64,000 bases of DNA from positions 372,001 through 436,000 of the forward strand of contig SMSO01000036.1 in the NCBI GenBank assembly GCA_004764695.1, given 5' to 3'. Of this stretch, positions 37,248 through 50,372 are shown piece after piece. The position numbers and the translations under genes were made by a program. Position 1 is the first letter of the stretch. Every line of letters begins with the position of its first letter. This DNA comes from Schizochytrium sp. TIO01 (taxonomy: Eukaryota; Protista; Bigyra: Labyrinthulomycetes). Under the pieces are notes generated by a model. That model searched no databases. It was not told where the DNA came from and was given only the letters and a program-made list of their open reading frames with translations.

Positions 37248-40200
37248 TTAAGAGGAACTGGGGCAAAGATCTCCAGAGCCAAAGGTCAGCTGCACAGAGT
37301 AAGCACGAGCGGGATCACAGAAGATGTTGGGGAGAACAGAGTACATGGGGCACTTGGCCGAGTCCACAGTACATTTGACGAACTCCAGGTTGGCAGTAAA
37401 GAGCTCAGTGTACCTGGAGTCAGAGGCAGGAACACGCAGAGTATCACAAGGAGGGATGTGATCAGGAATAAAGAGGATTTCATCACCAGTATCGGCGTTG
37501 ATGATGGAGGTTCCAATCATGCAAGGGTCCTTGCCTCCGAGCTGGTCGTACTCATCAAGGGAATCAACACAGAGGTCGCTAGTTGGGGTCACATCAAGGA
37601 AGTTTGTGTAGTCACGCTTGCACTTTTTGTAGTCAGAGTCATCGAATTGACGGCAAAAGAAGTTGATCCAGCGGGTCTCAAGGTCTTTGTAGGTTCCGTT
37701 GATGATCTTGTCAGCGCAAGTAAGGTAATCGTCAAAATCAAGGACTGCGGTGTACTTGCACCAATTCACAATGGCAAATTCAATCTCGGCGCCGGTGCAG
37801 GTTGGGTGCCAAATATCCTTACAGAGGCGACCGAGCTGAACCTCAGCGCCAGCTTCAACAGCATCGAGACCACATTTCAGGCCATTCTCGTTAACAGTAG
37901 ACTCGCCACGAGCGTCAGTAAGGTCACCAGTTAGGCAGAAACCGTCAAGCGCTGAGTACGGAAGATACTCCGAAATGCCTTGAATATTGATGCGAGCACC
38001 AGCGTAGACTCCTTCAGAGTAGGCACGGATGCAACGGAACTGAACAAAAGCCGAGGTTGAAGTGTAAGTCATTGCACACGGCCGCTCAAGACCGTTCATG
38101 TCAACATCGCCACAAACAAAAGTAAAACCATCAGCAGAAAGAGAGGAGGAGAGGCCTCCACCGGTGCTCCAGGCATCAGTGGCATCGTCGTTGAAGCACT
38201 CTTCAGGGTCAAAGCGGTGGTAGCCTTCGCTAGGCATAACGATATCCAGACCCGTGATTACACTGCGTTCACCAAGGAAGATACGGATATCAAAGTCCTC
38301 GCTAGAGTACATAGTGACGTTGGGGAGCCAGTTGGCTTCCTCGGCCAACTCCCAGTTGGGTTGGCAAGGGCTACCGTAGAAAGCAATTGCAGCATGGTGG
38401 TCCTTGATAAGATTGTTGAGAGTGGAATTCCAGACGCAAGTGTTACCGAGATGATCACGTTGGTTACCACAAACCGAAGAGCTGTAGGAGCAGTCAGCCT
38501 TGCGGGCATCGCACTCAATCCACTTAACCTCGTCAGCACTATCAAAGGGAACGAGGATGGGATCACCCCAGGTCATGCAGGTTTCGCAGCAGGTAGAAAC
38601 CCAGGTTCCAGTCGCATCTTCTGCGTCATCAGTGAGGGTGATGTTAATATCGACGTAAGCAGAAGAGCTGCTGATCGAGGAGCAATCCACATTGTCGGGA
38701 GGATTGTCGATATCACAAAAGGGGGCACTGGACACGGTCACGTTAAGGCAGATGGGAGCACCATCATTCTCAAGCATGCAGCACTGGGTTGGGCAGCTAG
38801 AGACAATGTCAGTGGAGCTGGTCTCAGAGCAAGCCTCGGGCTCACTGTCAGAAGCACTGCTGGAAGTGACCGAATCGGCAAGGTCCATTTCAACAATACT
38901 GCCAACAGTAAGAGCAGGCAATGGACTAAAGCCACGGGCGGCGTTACAGGTATCAGACATACCGCACTGCTCAAGGTAGACGTCATAGAGAAAAACCTCC
39001 GGGTAATCAGCGCCAGTAAGAACAAGGTCGACGTCACACACAAGACGAGACAGAGGAATAGAAGCAATGGTCTCGCGGGTTCCATCATCGAGTTCGACGA
39101 CAACCTGTACACCGTTGAAGCATTCTTCGGTGTTTACCTCAAGCGAAGCATCGAGGTCACACTCGGTAGAAGCCACGATGGAGTTGAGCTGGTAGCCACT
39201 CTCAGCGTAGACCTCCGGGAATCCAAAGTCTTCGACCTTCTTGGTGCACTCCCGGGTAAGGGTGTCATCGTAGTTAGAGATGATGCGGCAGAAATAGTTT
39301 GACCAGGTGTTGTAGGAGGGGAGGCCGGCAATCTCCTTCTTAATCTGGGTAATAAGAGTCGAAGCGCAGTTAGTAGGCTTAAGGCTATCGGGGAGACTGT
39401 TACAGAAAGCGTTGACTGTGGTCTCGTAGGTCTCACTAGTGCAAGCCTTGGAGATGGTGCGGCAGACCAAGAGGTTAGGGGAGTATTTTGCCATGCAGAG
39501 GGAGTGGAAGTTCTCAATATCACTTTGAGTGGCTTCGCCCATATCCATAACGGAGGTGACGCAGAAACCATCCTCGACGGAATCAAGGGCTGCCTCGTCA
39601 GCTGTGTCGGAGACATAGAGGGTCTCAATATCCCAGCGAGCACGAGTAGAGCTCATGTACTGGCAGATCATGCGAAGACCCATCTTCTCAACCTCCAACT
39701 CCCAAATCACCTGCTTGCCGTTATCCTGTACAGTTGCGTTACCAAAGTCACGGATGTTGTCTGCGTTTGACCAAGCATCCCAGGAGCCAGCGGTGTCAAG
39801 GCAGGTCTGCGCGTCAAGGCTGGAAACAACACCATCGTAGGAGATGTCGACCTGCGTGATGATGCCACGTTCACCAATGGTGACAACCAAAGAGTACGAC
39901 GGCTCGTCACCTCCAGTTGGGGTACGGCTGTACATGGTCATGGTGGGGGCGGTGTTCTTGCCTTGGAGGACCATCTGACACGGGGATCCATCGTTGTCGA
40001 AGCTAGTCCAGTTTGAGTCGGGCTCATCTGGGAGGTAAACGCACTGGTTACCATAGTAGTCTACACGGCTTTCGCAAGTCTCCTTTGACTGTTCGCAGGT
40101 TTCGGAAGATCCGTCGTCAACACGACCATCGCAAAGTACGAACTCAGCGTAAACTCCGCAAAATGAGACTCCCTCGGGATCACCGTAGAGCTTGCAGGTG

Positions 40201-40601
40201 CGGGAGCACGAGTACTCAGCGGTGGCATTGTTGGACATCGAGATAGGAATCGTAAGTGTGGCGCTGGACGAGACGCTGGAGACCTCGGTCGGGCGGACGA
40301 CGGAGGAGACAGTCGAGGGGAGCTCGAGCTTGACCTCTCTGCATGAATCCTCGTCGGTGACACCTTGAGAGCAGCATGCGTCAAAGGTGCTAACACTAGG
40401 GCTGCTGGACTGGCAGATAGTACAGTCTGTGCGTGTGGTCACAGAGACAGTTGAAGACATCAGAGAAGCAGTCAGGCCGCTGCTAAGGTCAGAGCACATG
40501 GCTGTAGTCGTCACGTTGCATGTGTCATCGGCATTCACCTGAGACACGCTCGCAAGCGCCAAGAGCGCCACGCTCATAGCGGCACGCCAGGACGGTGCCA
40601 T
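37248..40601 (-). CDS. Secreted, acidic, Cys-rich protein with two tandem VWD-like units (1117 aa)
   Basis: Signal peptide MAPSWRAAMSVALLALASVSQVNA. Repeated blocks CKLYGDPEGVSFCG / CMTWGDPILVPFD, GNQCVY / GNTCVW, GSPCQ twice, IGERGIITQVDI / LGERSVITGLDI, DGFCVT / DGFCLT. No C-terminal TM segment. The CDS is secure and the VWD assignment is moderate. Confidence 0.85.
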   Translation of the reverse strand: MAPSWRAAMSVALLALASVSQVNADDTCNVTTTAMCSDLSSGLTASLMSSTVSVTTRTDCTICQSSSPSVSTFDACCSQGVTDEDSCREVKLELPSTVSSVVRPTEVSSVSSSATLTIPISMSNNATAEYSCSRTCKLYGDPEGVSFCGVYAEFVLCDGRVDDGSSETCEQSKETCESRVDYYGNQCVYLPDEPDSNWTSFDNDGSPCQMVLQGKNTAPTMTMYSRTPTGGDEPSYSLVVTIGERGIITQVDISYDGVVSSLDAQTCLDTAGSWDAWSNADNIRDFGNATVQDNGKQVIWELEVEKMGLRMICQYMSSTRARWDIETLYVSDTADEAALDSVEDGFCVTSVMDMGEATQSDIENFHSLCMAKYSPNLLVCRTISKACTSETYETTVNAFCNSLPDSLKPTNCASTLITQIKKEIAGLPSYNTWSNYFCRIISNYDDTLTRECTKKVEDFGFPEVYAESGYQLNSIVASTECDLDASLEVNTEECFNGVQVVVELDDGTRETIASIPLSRLVCDVDLVLTGADYPEVFLYDVYLEQCGMSDTCNAARGFSPLPALTVGSIVEMDLADSVTSSSASDSEPEACSETSSTDIVSSCPTQCCMLENDGAPICLNVTVSSAPFCDIDNPPDNVDCSSISSSSAYVDINITLTDDAEDATGTWVSTCCETCMTWGDPILVPFDSADEVKWIECDARKADCSYSSSVCGNQRDHLGNTCVWNSTLNNLIKDHHAAIAFYGSPCQPNWELAEEANWLPNVTMYSSEDFDIRIFLGERSVITGLDIVMPSEGYHRFDPEECFNDDATDAWSTGGGLSSSLSADGFTFVCGDVDMNGLERPCAMTYTSTSAFVQFRCIRAYSEGVYAGARINIQGISEYLPYSALDGFCLTGDLTDARGESTVNENGLKCGLDAVEAGAEVQLGRLCKDIWHPTCTGAEIEFAIVNWCKYTAVLDFDDYLTCADKIINGTYKDLETRWINFFCRQFDDSDYKKCKRDYTNFLDVTPTSDLCVDSLDEYDQLGGKDPCMIGTSIINADTGDEILFIPDHIPPCDTLRVPASDSRYTELFTANLEFVKCTVDSAKCPMYSVLPNIFCDPARAYSVQLTFGSGDLCPSSS

Positions 40602-40765
40602 ATTGTCCCTCCTTTTTTCCTAAACGAAGCACCGAAGAACTAGCAAATATTATTAAAAAACAGACGAAAGAACGCCAAGAGAGAACACCAAGGTTCTGCT
40701 CTTGCTTCGATCACGAAGAGGGGCGCGCGCCTGGTCTAGGACCACGACCCGCTCACACCTTTCAG

Positions 40766-40766
<1 letters not shown>

Positions 40767-40802
<36 letters not shown>
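40767..40802. repeat. (CTG)n microsatellite, ~12 units
   Basis: Direct reading of the sequence. Confidence 0.9.
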
Positions 40803-43800
40803 GCTGTTGGCGTGTATGTATGCCAACAACCAGCTCGCCAGCTAGCTCTCTCGCTCTTGGGCTCGTCAACCTACTACCTACGGAAGAGGTAGGGCACGCG
40901 ATCACCAATTGCGGTCGATCTGCTACAAGTAGTAAAAGTAGGTGGTACCTGCCGCTGCCTTTGCGCGGGTCTTTGTGGTTTGGACTCCACGCGAGCACCT
41001 ATGCTGATTGAGTTATGCGTGCTGTTGTTGACCGGGTCTGGGCGGCCGGGCAGCGATTGGGAATTGCTGGCAGATCGATCGCGCAAGTCGATCTACTACT
41101 GTAGTTGAAAGATTGGGGTTTGTTTGTTTGTTTGTTTATTGTCATCATTCAATGAAAAGAAATGAGCTAATGGGCTTTAAAAGTGTAACTATTGGTAGGG
41201 TTTTCAGAGGGGAAGTAAGCAAACTATCATTTTAGAATAAAAAGGTTTTTAACGCAATGTTAATAATTAGTATTGTTAAAATAAAAATAAAAATGAAAAT
41301 GTTTATTTTGTAAAAGTCACTTTAGAATATAATAATGTAAAATGAAAAGAATGGCATGTGTTTGACGACGTAAAGCAGAAGAGAGAAAAGCAAACGCAGG
41401 ATAGGAGTTTGCGTTAGCGCAGGCCGTCCTGAGTGGGGCTCATCGAAGGTGGGGAAGAAGGCAGACTCCAACTTCCTTGTTCCAGGAGCTGATTACAATT
41501 GGGCGGTAGCCGCGTCAGGAGCAACCAATTTAGACCCCAAAGAAAGAAAGAAACCTTTTCCACATTGCATCACTCACCACTTCCGCAACAACAAAGGAAA
41601 AAAAGAACCATTGCAATAGTTTTAATTTATCTAAAATAAACTAATTAATCTTTACTTTAATAACTAACAACTAAAAAGTCATGATCGATAAAAATGCACA
41701 GAAGAGCAATGGTCCAATGGTCGCTTTTTTCTTCTGTGCCTTTGCCGCTGCTCGCGTTTGCTTTCCCCCCATTCCTATACTCCACTGTCCCGTCCAGGTT
41801 TTAAAGACTTACTTCTTGATCACCGTAGGGCGACTCGATCCGAATGTGTGACTGACTTGACTTGACTTCTTCTTCTTCTTCTTCTTCTTTTTTCTTCTTC
41901 TTCTTCTTCTTCTTTCTTCTTCAATAAGTAAGAGTAAGTGGCATGCGCCTTGCACCACTTTTTTGAGCTGTTTGTTTCTTTGCTTCTCTTGTTTCTCCTT
42001 TCAATTAAAATAAAATCAAGATGAGCAACCAAGGAAGGAAAAGAAAAGCAGCGCATGCTTTCTATTCCTTCAAAACAAGTTGAAGTCTTCTTTTTTCATA
42101 GGGCGCGGGGGTTCCTTCTCGTCGTCTGTTTTGGCTCAAACAAAACTAGCTACTAAGCCAACAACAACAATAACAACAACAATAACATCACCATCATCGA
42201 CAACAACAATAACAACGAAAATATACGCATCGAACAAACGAGCAACCGAAGGAAAGAGCCTCATAACTAGGTTTCCCTTCAGGCAGTGGAATTTCTCATA
42301 TCTTTCGCCCAGAGGAATGAATGAATGAATAAATTCTGAATGAATGAATGAATGAATGAATTAATTCTGACTCTCTTGTTCTGACGCCATCACTATCACA
42401 GCAGTGAATGAATGCTTCGCTTATTCCGTTGCAAGCCAATGATGCATTACATAAAGTCCGAGCCGCATTCTCTTCAAAGCTTGTCAGATCTCGCGTTGCA
42501 ATGGGCATCGGCACCGCAGGTTCTGATCTCAAGCGGCGCCAAGTGCGAGGGAGTATGACCTGCAATCGATGCCCTCGGTACCCATGCAGGGCATTCGTAT
42601 CGCGCCTGCTCCTCCGCGAGTTCAACTAGTTTTTGGCATTCTCGACTCTGCCACGAACTCTTTCCGGGCTTTCAGGAGGCGTCGTGGATCATGCGCCCCT
42701 CAAATTCAGTCTCACGCGCAGCAAAACGAACCCACAGACTGAGTTCGCTCTTAGGCAGCAGTCCTTGCTCTGAGTTCTTGAAGAACTTCATGCGATGGCA
42801 ATTCTTGCATCCATACGTCCAACGCATTCATTCATTCATTCATTCATTCATTCATTCATTCATTCATTTATTATTCATTCATTTATTCATGCGACGGTTT
42901 ATCTGTGCATTGATTGCACTGCGCTTTCTCTCGGGTTCTGCGGAATCTGCTGCTGCATTCACTCCTCGCTGGCAAGCAAACAAATCCATCCATGCACGCA
43001 CGGGCTTGTGCAGGCAGCGTGATGCTCATGCACGGCCATCAAGCTCGAACATGCAGAGAACTTGATTCCTTGGAGCCACCGGATTGGAGATGCGCGGGCT
43101 GGTTTATGGGCTGCATTGGACCCCATCCACGATGACGAGTAAGAAGGCCCTCAATGCTCTGCATGATCAGCCCACAATCGATCCTCTCTTCTGCGAATGC
43201 AATGGATTTCTTTTTCTTTTTCTTCTTCTCCAGGCAGATGAAAGGAAAGAGAGAAGATGAAAGGAAAGAGAGCCTTCGTTCTCTCTCCACCTATCTCTGC
43301 CTTATGCATGCATGCATGTGCTTTTAAACTTATAAATGAGTACATAACAAGAGACAATTAAAAAACATTGTTTGATTAAACTTAAAAACAAATATATATA
43401 TATGAACATAAAAAACACCACTGAAAGGAGCAGCAATAAAAGGAACCAGGGCGATGAGACTAAAAATATATTCTTTTTTCATTTTCAGCAGCAACTCGAG
43501 TTAAAGTGTAATTCAATCAGTGCAGTTCCTCTTAATTGTAAAGTATTCATCGCGATGAACTGCGTGCAGTGCATGTGCACCGCATCGCTTCGCAGACTCC
43601 ACTACAGACCCTCCTACGTGCGTGCCTAAGCACTGCTACCTCCTCTCCTGTCTTGGAGGGCCTGTCATAAATAAACTTCATCTAAAAGAAACTAAAACCT
43701 GACAACCTAAAAACTAGAAACTAGAAATTAAAAACTAAAAACTAAAAACCAAGCATGAATGAATGAATGAATGAAAGAATAGAACTAAAAAGGGCCCTTT

Positions 43801-45724
43801 CCTTTCTCTCTCTTTCTCTCTCTCTCATCGATCTGTCTTCTGTGAGTGTGTGTCTCTCTGTCTCTCTCTTTGTCTGTCTACAATTTGTGGTCCTGGAGGC
43901 GACAGACAGACAGACAGGAGCGGGAAAGCGCGTTGCCGCCTTCTGCAGCACCCACTGCAGAGCTGCGTCTCCTCCTCGCCTGCGCGAGACCGGGCCGGCC
44001 GCTGTGAATATGCATTTGTCTGTCTTGCGTCCCTTCCTTCGCTCTCTTCGCTCTTCTGTTCCTATCGAAGCAAGTTATTTCATGCAAGATTTATTATTTA
44101 TTATTTCTGTTTTTGTTTTTGTTTTTGTTTTTGTTTTTTAAAGAAAGAGTTTGTGAAATATCATTGTCGAAACCCGTCGCTTATTCTGCGAACCTCGGTT
44201 CTTGAGTTTATGCTCCCTTGTAATAAGGTCACCTTCAAGATAGTTGTATCATTATGCGGATAGATGGATGGATAGGTAGATAGATCATGAATGCATAGAC
44301 AGGTACATAGTTCTTGACAGATGCAACGGAGGGCTCGAGCGCTCATTGCGTGGTTTATGTCTCTGTAGGTCTATTTATCCGTCAGTTTGTCTGTCTCTCT
44401 GTCTGTCTTCCTATAGCTTTCGGTCAGGCTCCTTCCCCCTCTCCTCGCCAAAGCGCACCTCTGTCTCAGTCGAAGCTCGATTCCGCGAAAGTTCAGACAT
44501 TGCGTAGAGACACGCGCGTGGTTTTTCCTCAGTGTGCATGTGAGGGCCGCCTCTGCCACCTCTGCCACTGAAGGGAGCTGAGAGGAGCATCCTCAGGGTG
44601 TGCTCCGCAATTGTCTCCTTTGATCAGCACCTGCCGTCCCCGCAGCCACCGAGGTTTTTCTCAGACAATGACTAATTTGTTGTTCATTGGTTTTCACGTG
44701 GTAAGTAAGTATCTACAGACAGACAGACAGATATAGACAGACAGACAGAGACACAGCGAGGCACTTTTTTTATTTGGTAACAAAAAACATTCTGAAAATC
44801 GACTTAACCCCCACAATAAATGCAAATAGTCATAATTCATATCAAATCAATCAATCAATCAATCAATCATAATAATAATAATAATAACCTATCAGGATAA
44901 ATTCGAACATTTTGCTGTAGTAGATAACAAAATAACAGTTCTCACGGAATTACGGAAAGGGCTTTGGAGAAAAGGCCAAAGCGCATGTAAAGAGGCACCT
45001 ATTTGATCAAGCTCCTCAGTTCAGGATGGTAGCCTGAGTATCTAGTGCGCATCTGGTGCTTTCTGCTCCACCGCCAGAGGAGCCCGCGCCCTCTCAGGCC
45101 TGTGCCTCGATCTCGCAAGCCTTTAGGCCGCACAGCTTACAGCCTGCCTGGACGTACACACACACACTCACGCGTCAAGCAAGATCCTGAGACGGCGGCA
45201 AGAGCTCGAAAAGTCCTTTTCTATTCTTCTTTTATTTCTTTCCACAGAGAAAGAAGAGGGAAAGAAAGAGGAAAGGAAAAAAAAGGAAAGAAAATCAAAG
45301 GGAAAAAGAGAGAGAGAGAGAGAGAAGCAGAAGAGCAGAAAAGGGCCTCCATCTTGGTCGCTCTTTCCTCTCTCCTTTCCCTCCTTCTCAGCCGCTATAT
45401 CTTTGGCCAAAATGGGGCGCCATCCATCCATCCATCCATCCATGCATGCATGCATGCATGCATACATGCTCGCACGAGCCAGCTAGCTAGCTAGCTAGCG
45501 CCATGGCTCGCCTAAAAAGCCTCAGGCTGCCGCAGCCTGAGGCTCTAGCTCCTCTCTCCACGGCCTGTAGAGGGCCAAGGCACGGAGGTCCTGAGGTCTT
45601 TCTTTCCCTCGCGCCGCTCTTCCCGCCCTCCGCCACCGTCATTTTGTCTCGCCGCTCTTTTCCCCTCAAAGTCCGAATTGCGCGCCAGCCAGCCAGTCAG
45701 TCAGGCACTCTCTCTGCATCTATC

Positions 45725-45765
<41 letters not shown>

Positions 45766-46842
45766 TGATTCTATCTATCTTGATCTGCTGCTTCCACGAT
45801 TGAAACCAAGAATGAAACAAAGAATGAAACAAAGAATGAAAATGAATGAATGAATGAAGGAATGAATGAAACAAACATAGAATGAGTGAATGAATGAATG
45901 AAAGAGCGAAACAAAGAATAAACGAATGAAACAAACATAGAATGGATGAATGATGAAAGAATGAGCACAAGAACGTTGTGACAAGATGACCAAACCAAAG
46001 CTCAGCAAGCAAGGAGAGACGAGTCAAAGAAATGAATAAGCACGCAAGCGGTCGCGGGGCGCCATCGTCTCGAGCAGGCGCGTGCAGGCAGGCGCTTTGA
46101 GTTTGAGCCGGCAAAGCTTCGAGCGCGGCCGCAGAGCCTTCGGGCTGTCTGCCTAGACGCGGATGCGAGGCGCAGCTAGCTGTCTTCGGGTGCAGAGAGC
46201 GCGAAGGGCCAAAGATTTATCGCCGTCATGATCAGCAGTTAATTCCCATTTTTCATTCATTCATTCATTCATTCATTCATTCATTCATTCATTCATTCTT
46301 TTTTTTCTCAGCAAACAAAAACAACTAGCTAGCGACTAGCAGTGCCTACAGCGACTTTCTCTCACTCATGCATGAGACATGAGACATGAGACAGATAGAT
46401 AGACACAGATGGAGACGTGTTTTAATCCGACAAGAGTCTATTTCAAAGCAAACCAACCCCACCGTTCACTCACAACGGCGCACTCATAATCTCTCTCAGC
46501 GATTCAATATGATAATATCACATGTTTTCCCGCTCGAACATTCGCGTCTTCTGTCATATGTTTGATTTACTGTGACTTCATGCCTCTCTTAAAAATCTTT
46601 CTATCTTTCTTATCTTTTTTATCTTTCTTTCTGCTTTTCACGTTCGACCCGCCGAAAGGAGCGCTTGCTTTCGCAATGCAGGCCGCCCAAGCGAGCGCCT
46701 CTCGCTCCTCTGTGCTCACTCGCCGCTGTCGGTCCTCCTCTCTGATAGACTGTTTCTTTCTTTGCCTGGCATTGCTCGTTCTGGCGGGTCATTCACGCGA
46801 GAGACTCTGCTCTGAGCGAGGTAAGTAAATAATCAATGAGTC

Positions 46843-46888
46843 AACCAACTAACTAACTAACTAACCAACTAACTAACTAACTAACTAA
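46843..46888. repeat. (CTAA/CCAA)n tetranucleotide tract
   Basis: aaccaactaactaactaactaaccaactaactaactaactaactaa. Confidence 0.85.
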
Positions 46889-49800
46889 ATAGCTAATATC
46901 CCCATCCATCCTTGAGCTCATGGAGGGACACTCAACAGTGCGCGACGGAATGAATGTGATGAATGTGATGAATGAGTGTTTCTTTCTTTCTTTCTTTCCT
47001 ATCTTTCATTCTTTCTTTCAACTCACTCAATACCTCTGACAGCGAGAGAAAGAGAGAGAGAGAGAGAGAGAGGGAGGATGAAAGCGTGAATGAATGAGTG
47101 CCCCAACGACTGCGGTACCTCTATAGGCACATGGTGGCGTCTCGAACCTCTTCCAGCTTCTTTCTCCGTGATTGGGATTATTGTATTGTTTATGACTCTC
47201 AAGCTAGAGAGAATTAATTCATTGGAAATGGCCTTTTAAGTTTATATGAAAAGAACATATACCTGGCTTACTTACTTACCAACAGGGCTTTCAAGCCGCC
47301 TATGCAGTGCCTGTAGGGATCGTCCGAAGAGCGCTGTTGGGTTCGAGTTTTCCTCGTTCATTCATCCATCCATTCACTCATTCAATTGAAAACACTAAAT
47401 ACACTAAATAACTATCATCGACCAACAGCAGATTAAAATAACAACAGCAAAAAGATATGCAGAGATGCCGCATTTGAAGATCTCAAGATCTTGAAGATGG
47501 CAGCGATTCGTGCCGTGGCACCAGTCGAGCTGAGGTGTAGAAGGTAGGCGCCTACCTATCTAGTGGGCGGTTAGAGCGAACTGTGTGGCAGGAGCAGGAG
47601 CAGCGAGGCGGCCTACGAAGGGAAACTCGAATGAAACAGACGACGGCATCCGTTATGCATCAATTTTGCAATTCATTCTTCTGCATTTCCGAACTCCTAG
47701 CTTGCGCTAGAGATATATAGATAGCAGCTAGCTAGCTAGAAAGCTAGCCAACCTACCATGAGAGATCATTCTTGGTTGGCTTGAGAAGTCAGTGCAATTC
47801 ACAATGCACGTTATTCCATAAACTACTTTTGATAATTAATTGATCAAAATAAAAAACAGAGATAAAGCTTTAACAAATGATTTTAAAAAAAGATCGTTCA
47901 TCTTTGTTCATTGCAGAAGAGCGAAAAGAAGAAGAAGAAGGAGAAGAAGAAAAGAGGCGCTTCAGGTCTCACTATCCAAGTAGTTTGATCACTTTTCTGC
48001 AAACAAAAAAATCATCATAGTTACCTTTGGAAGCGACGGCGAGAAGGACTGGAGAAGATTAGTAGGCAGTGCGAGTATGGAGGGGAGAGGACAGGAAGCG
48101 CCTGCCTCTTTTCAGCTGTAATGTGCCAAAAGCGGAAGGTTCTTCGCTGCTTTTCTTCCCTCTTCTCATCCGCATTCTGTCTTCTGAAGTTCATCACTTC
48201 CTTGGCTTTCGCAGCTTTCGATGCTCCTTTAGACTCTTTTCTGTTGGTTTATTTCATTTTATTTAAAAAAGAAAAAGAAAAAAAAGAGAACATTTTTAAG
48301 CAGCTCAAACAAACAAACAAACAAACAAACAAACAAACAAACTGTTGAAGAAAATCACTACCAGACATGGGGGTTCCGAAGCGCAGTCGAGTAGAGCACA
48401 GTCCATCGAATTCGTGGCAAAGCTGGCAGCGGCGTCCTCAGAAACGCTGTCGAGCTGTGCCCCTCGAAGCTACCTGTCTGGAGGGATCAGTCAGTCAAGC
48501 TTGCTTGCTTACCTCATCGATCGCTCATGCTGGTTCTCCTTGTTGGGATCCTTCTTTCGTTTCCTTTCTCTAGAGCTGCTTACAACAGTAGTAATAATAA
48601 TTAGTATATTTAGTATTATATGTTTTACAAGTGAAAGTAGCACACGCAGATGCTGATATTTAGTTGTAAACTGCACGAGCCAACTTTAGCAAATCATTTA
48701 TTAAAATGTTTTTTAGTTAATACAAACATTGTTTAAAAAATTAAGAAGGCAGAAAGCAACACGAGTAAACAGTAAGATGAATCTATTTCTTCAGGCAGAA
48801 GAGCTATCTCACTTACGTACGCCATGTCGCGTCTCCTTCGGTGCATGATGCGTATTCCTTTTGTGAATCTCCTCAGTCTGGGCAAGGTCAAAAAAGTCCG
48901 TCACGCCTGTCATTCATTCATCCTTTATCCAGGCCGTCCATCACTGCAGAGAGATCTTTACTTCTTCATTCATTCATTCATTCATTCATTCATTCGTTGC
49001 GCATAAACCCCTCCAAAACTCCCCGTGCCTCGCTTATTATCACTTACTCTTTTTCTGAGAGGAGGTAGCATGAACAAAATATAATATAACAATCAATCAA
49101 TCAATAAATAAATAAATAAATAAAAAAGGAACAAATGCAGAAATCACCTTTTTATGTCGAGCCATCAACAAACAACGCCTCAGAAGCCGCGTGAAAGGCC
49201 CGTCCATCCATTTGTCTATCAATCAATCCCTGAGAGATAACCCTCCAGGCTGCTATGCGTTCGTTCGCCCCCAGCTATCAGTCAGCCCAGCTCTGGGCCG
49301 CATGATTTGCTCTTTCGAGCAGACTTCTTTCTTTCTTTCTTTCTTTCTCTCTCTCTCTCTCTCTCCCGCTTCTCCCTCATCCATAAAAGGAGACTGATTT
49401 TGTAAATTAAAACATGATGAGTAAAAAAAGAACGTGAACGAAAACTAAACATTTCTCTCGGCGCCGCCACTCTTTCTCAAAAGAGTAATGGATTCCATTT
49501 ACTCTCCTTCTCCTTCTGAAAACTAAGTCTTGAGCGAACTAGGGCTTTCCCTAAGTCCGCCATGCCATTTTCTGCCTATCTATCTATCTGCCTATCACTG
49601 TGGCGATTTCCGCGCATGCCGCGACGGCGCTCCATCTTGGATGACCCCTCAACTTCAACCTTGAGGAGCTGATTCGCTGCGAACAGAACCCCTCCAGCGA
49701 CCAAGCAAGCAAGCAAGCAAGCGAGATCATGGCCAAGTTGGCCAAATCCACGCGCCGGAGTAGTCTACGAATTGCCTGTGAATTCCTTCATTCTGGTTTT

Positions 49801-50055
49801 CTGCGTGGTTGGTTCCTGAGAACCCGAGTTGACTAACTAACTCGCTCCGGAGCCTTCGCTCACTCATTCACTCACGCACTTAATTACTTGCGGCGCGTGA
49901 GGCGGTCTCAGCGGAAGTACGTGCCATCGGAAGACCCCTCTTCGCGGAAGCGAGCTCGCAGGAGCGTACTCACTCACTCACTCACTCGCTCACTCGCTCA
50001 TCGTCGCGAGAGACTTCGCAAGCGAGAGAAGCAAAGCCCTCATTTCCTCGCTCGC

Positions 50056-50186
50056 TTGTTTGTTTGTTTGTTTGTTTGTTTGTTTGTTTGTTTGTTTGTT
50101 TGTTTGTTTGTTTGTTTGTTTGTTTGTTTGTTTGTTTGTTTGTTTGTTTGTTTGTTTGTTTGTTTGTTTGTTTGTTTGTTTGTTTG
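50056..50186. repeat. (TTTG)n microsatellite, ~32 perfect units
   Basis: Direct reading. Explains the spurious LFVC/KQTN ORFs. Confidence 0.97.
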
Positions 50187-50306
50187 CGAAATGGGCTGCG
50201 AAGGTTGACGAATTGCACGCATCATGCTCGATCGCCTCTGCTCCCGTGTCCACCGTCGATGTTCTCAGGATGGCCCAAGATAGGCCAAAGCAATGACCAC
50301 AGAATC

Positions 50307-50372
50307 ACAGAATCAGCGATGATTACAAAATCAGCGATGATTACAAAATCAGCAAAGATTACAAAATCAGCG
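50307..50372. repeat. 18-bp minisatellite AATCAGCGATGATTACAA, ~3.5 copies
   Basis: Units begin at 50311, 50329, 50347 and 50365 (partial), with no spacers. Confidence 0.9.

Noticed and set aside
38217-39302. 361-aa + strand ORF, also 7171..7791 and 13211..13837
   Set aside because: Antisense shadows of codon-biased genes on the opposite strand.
50307-50372. 18-bp repeats, and the 21-bp direct repeat at 54234-54254/54261-54281, as CRISPR-like arrays
   Set aside because: Head-to-tail or two-copy duplications with no unique spacers of suitable length, no cas genes, eukaryotic context.
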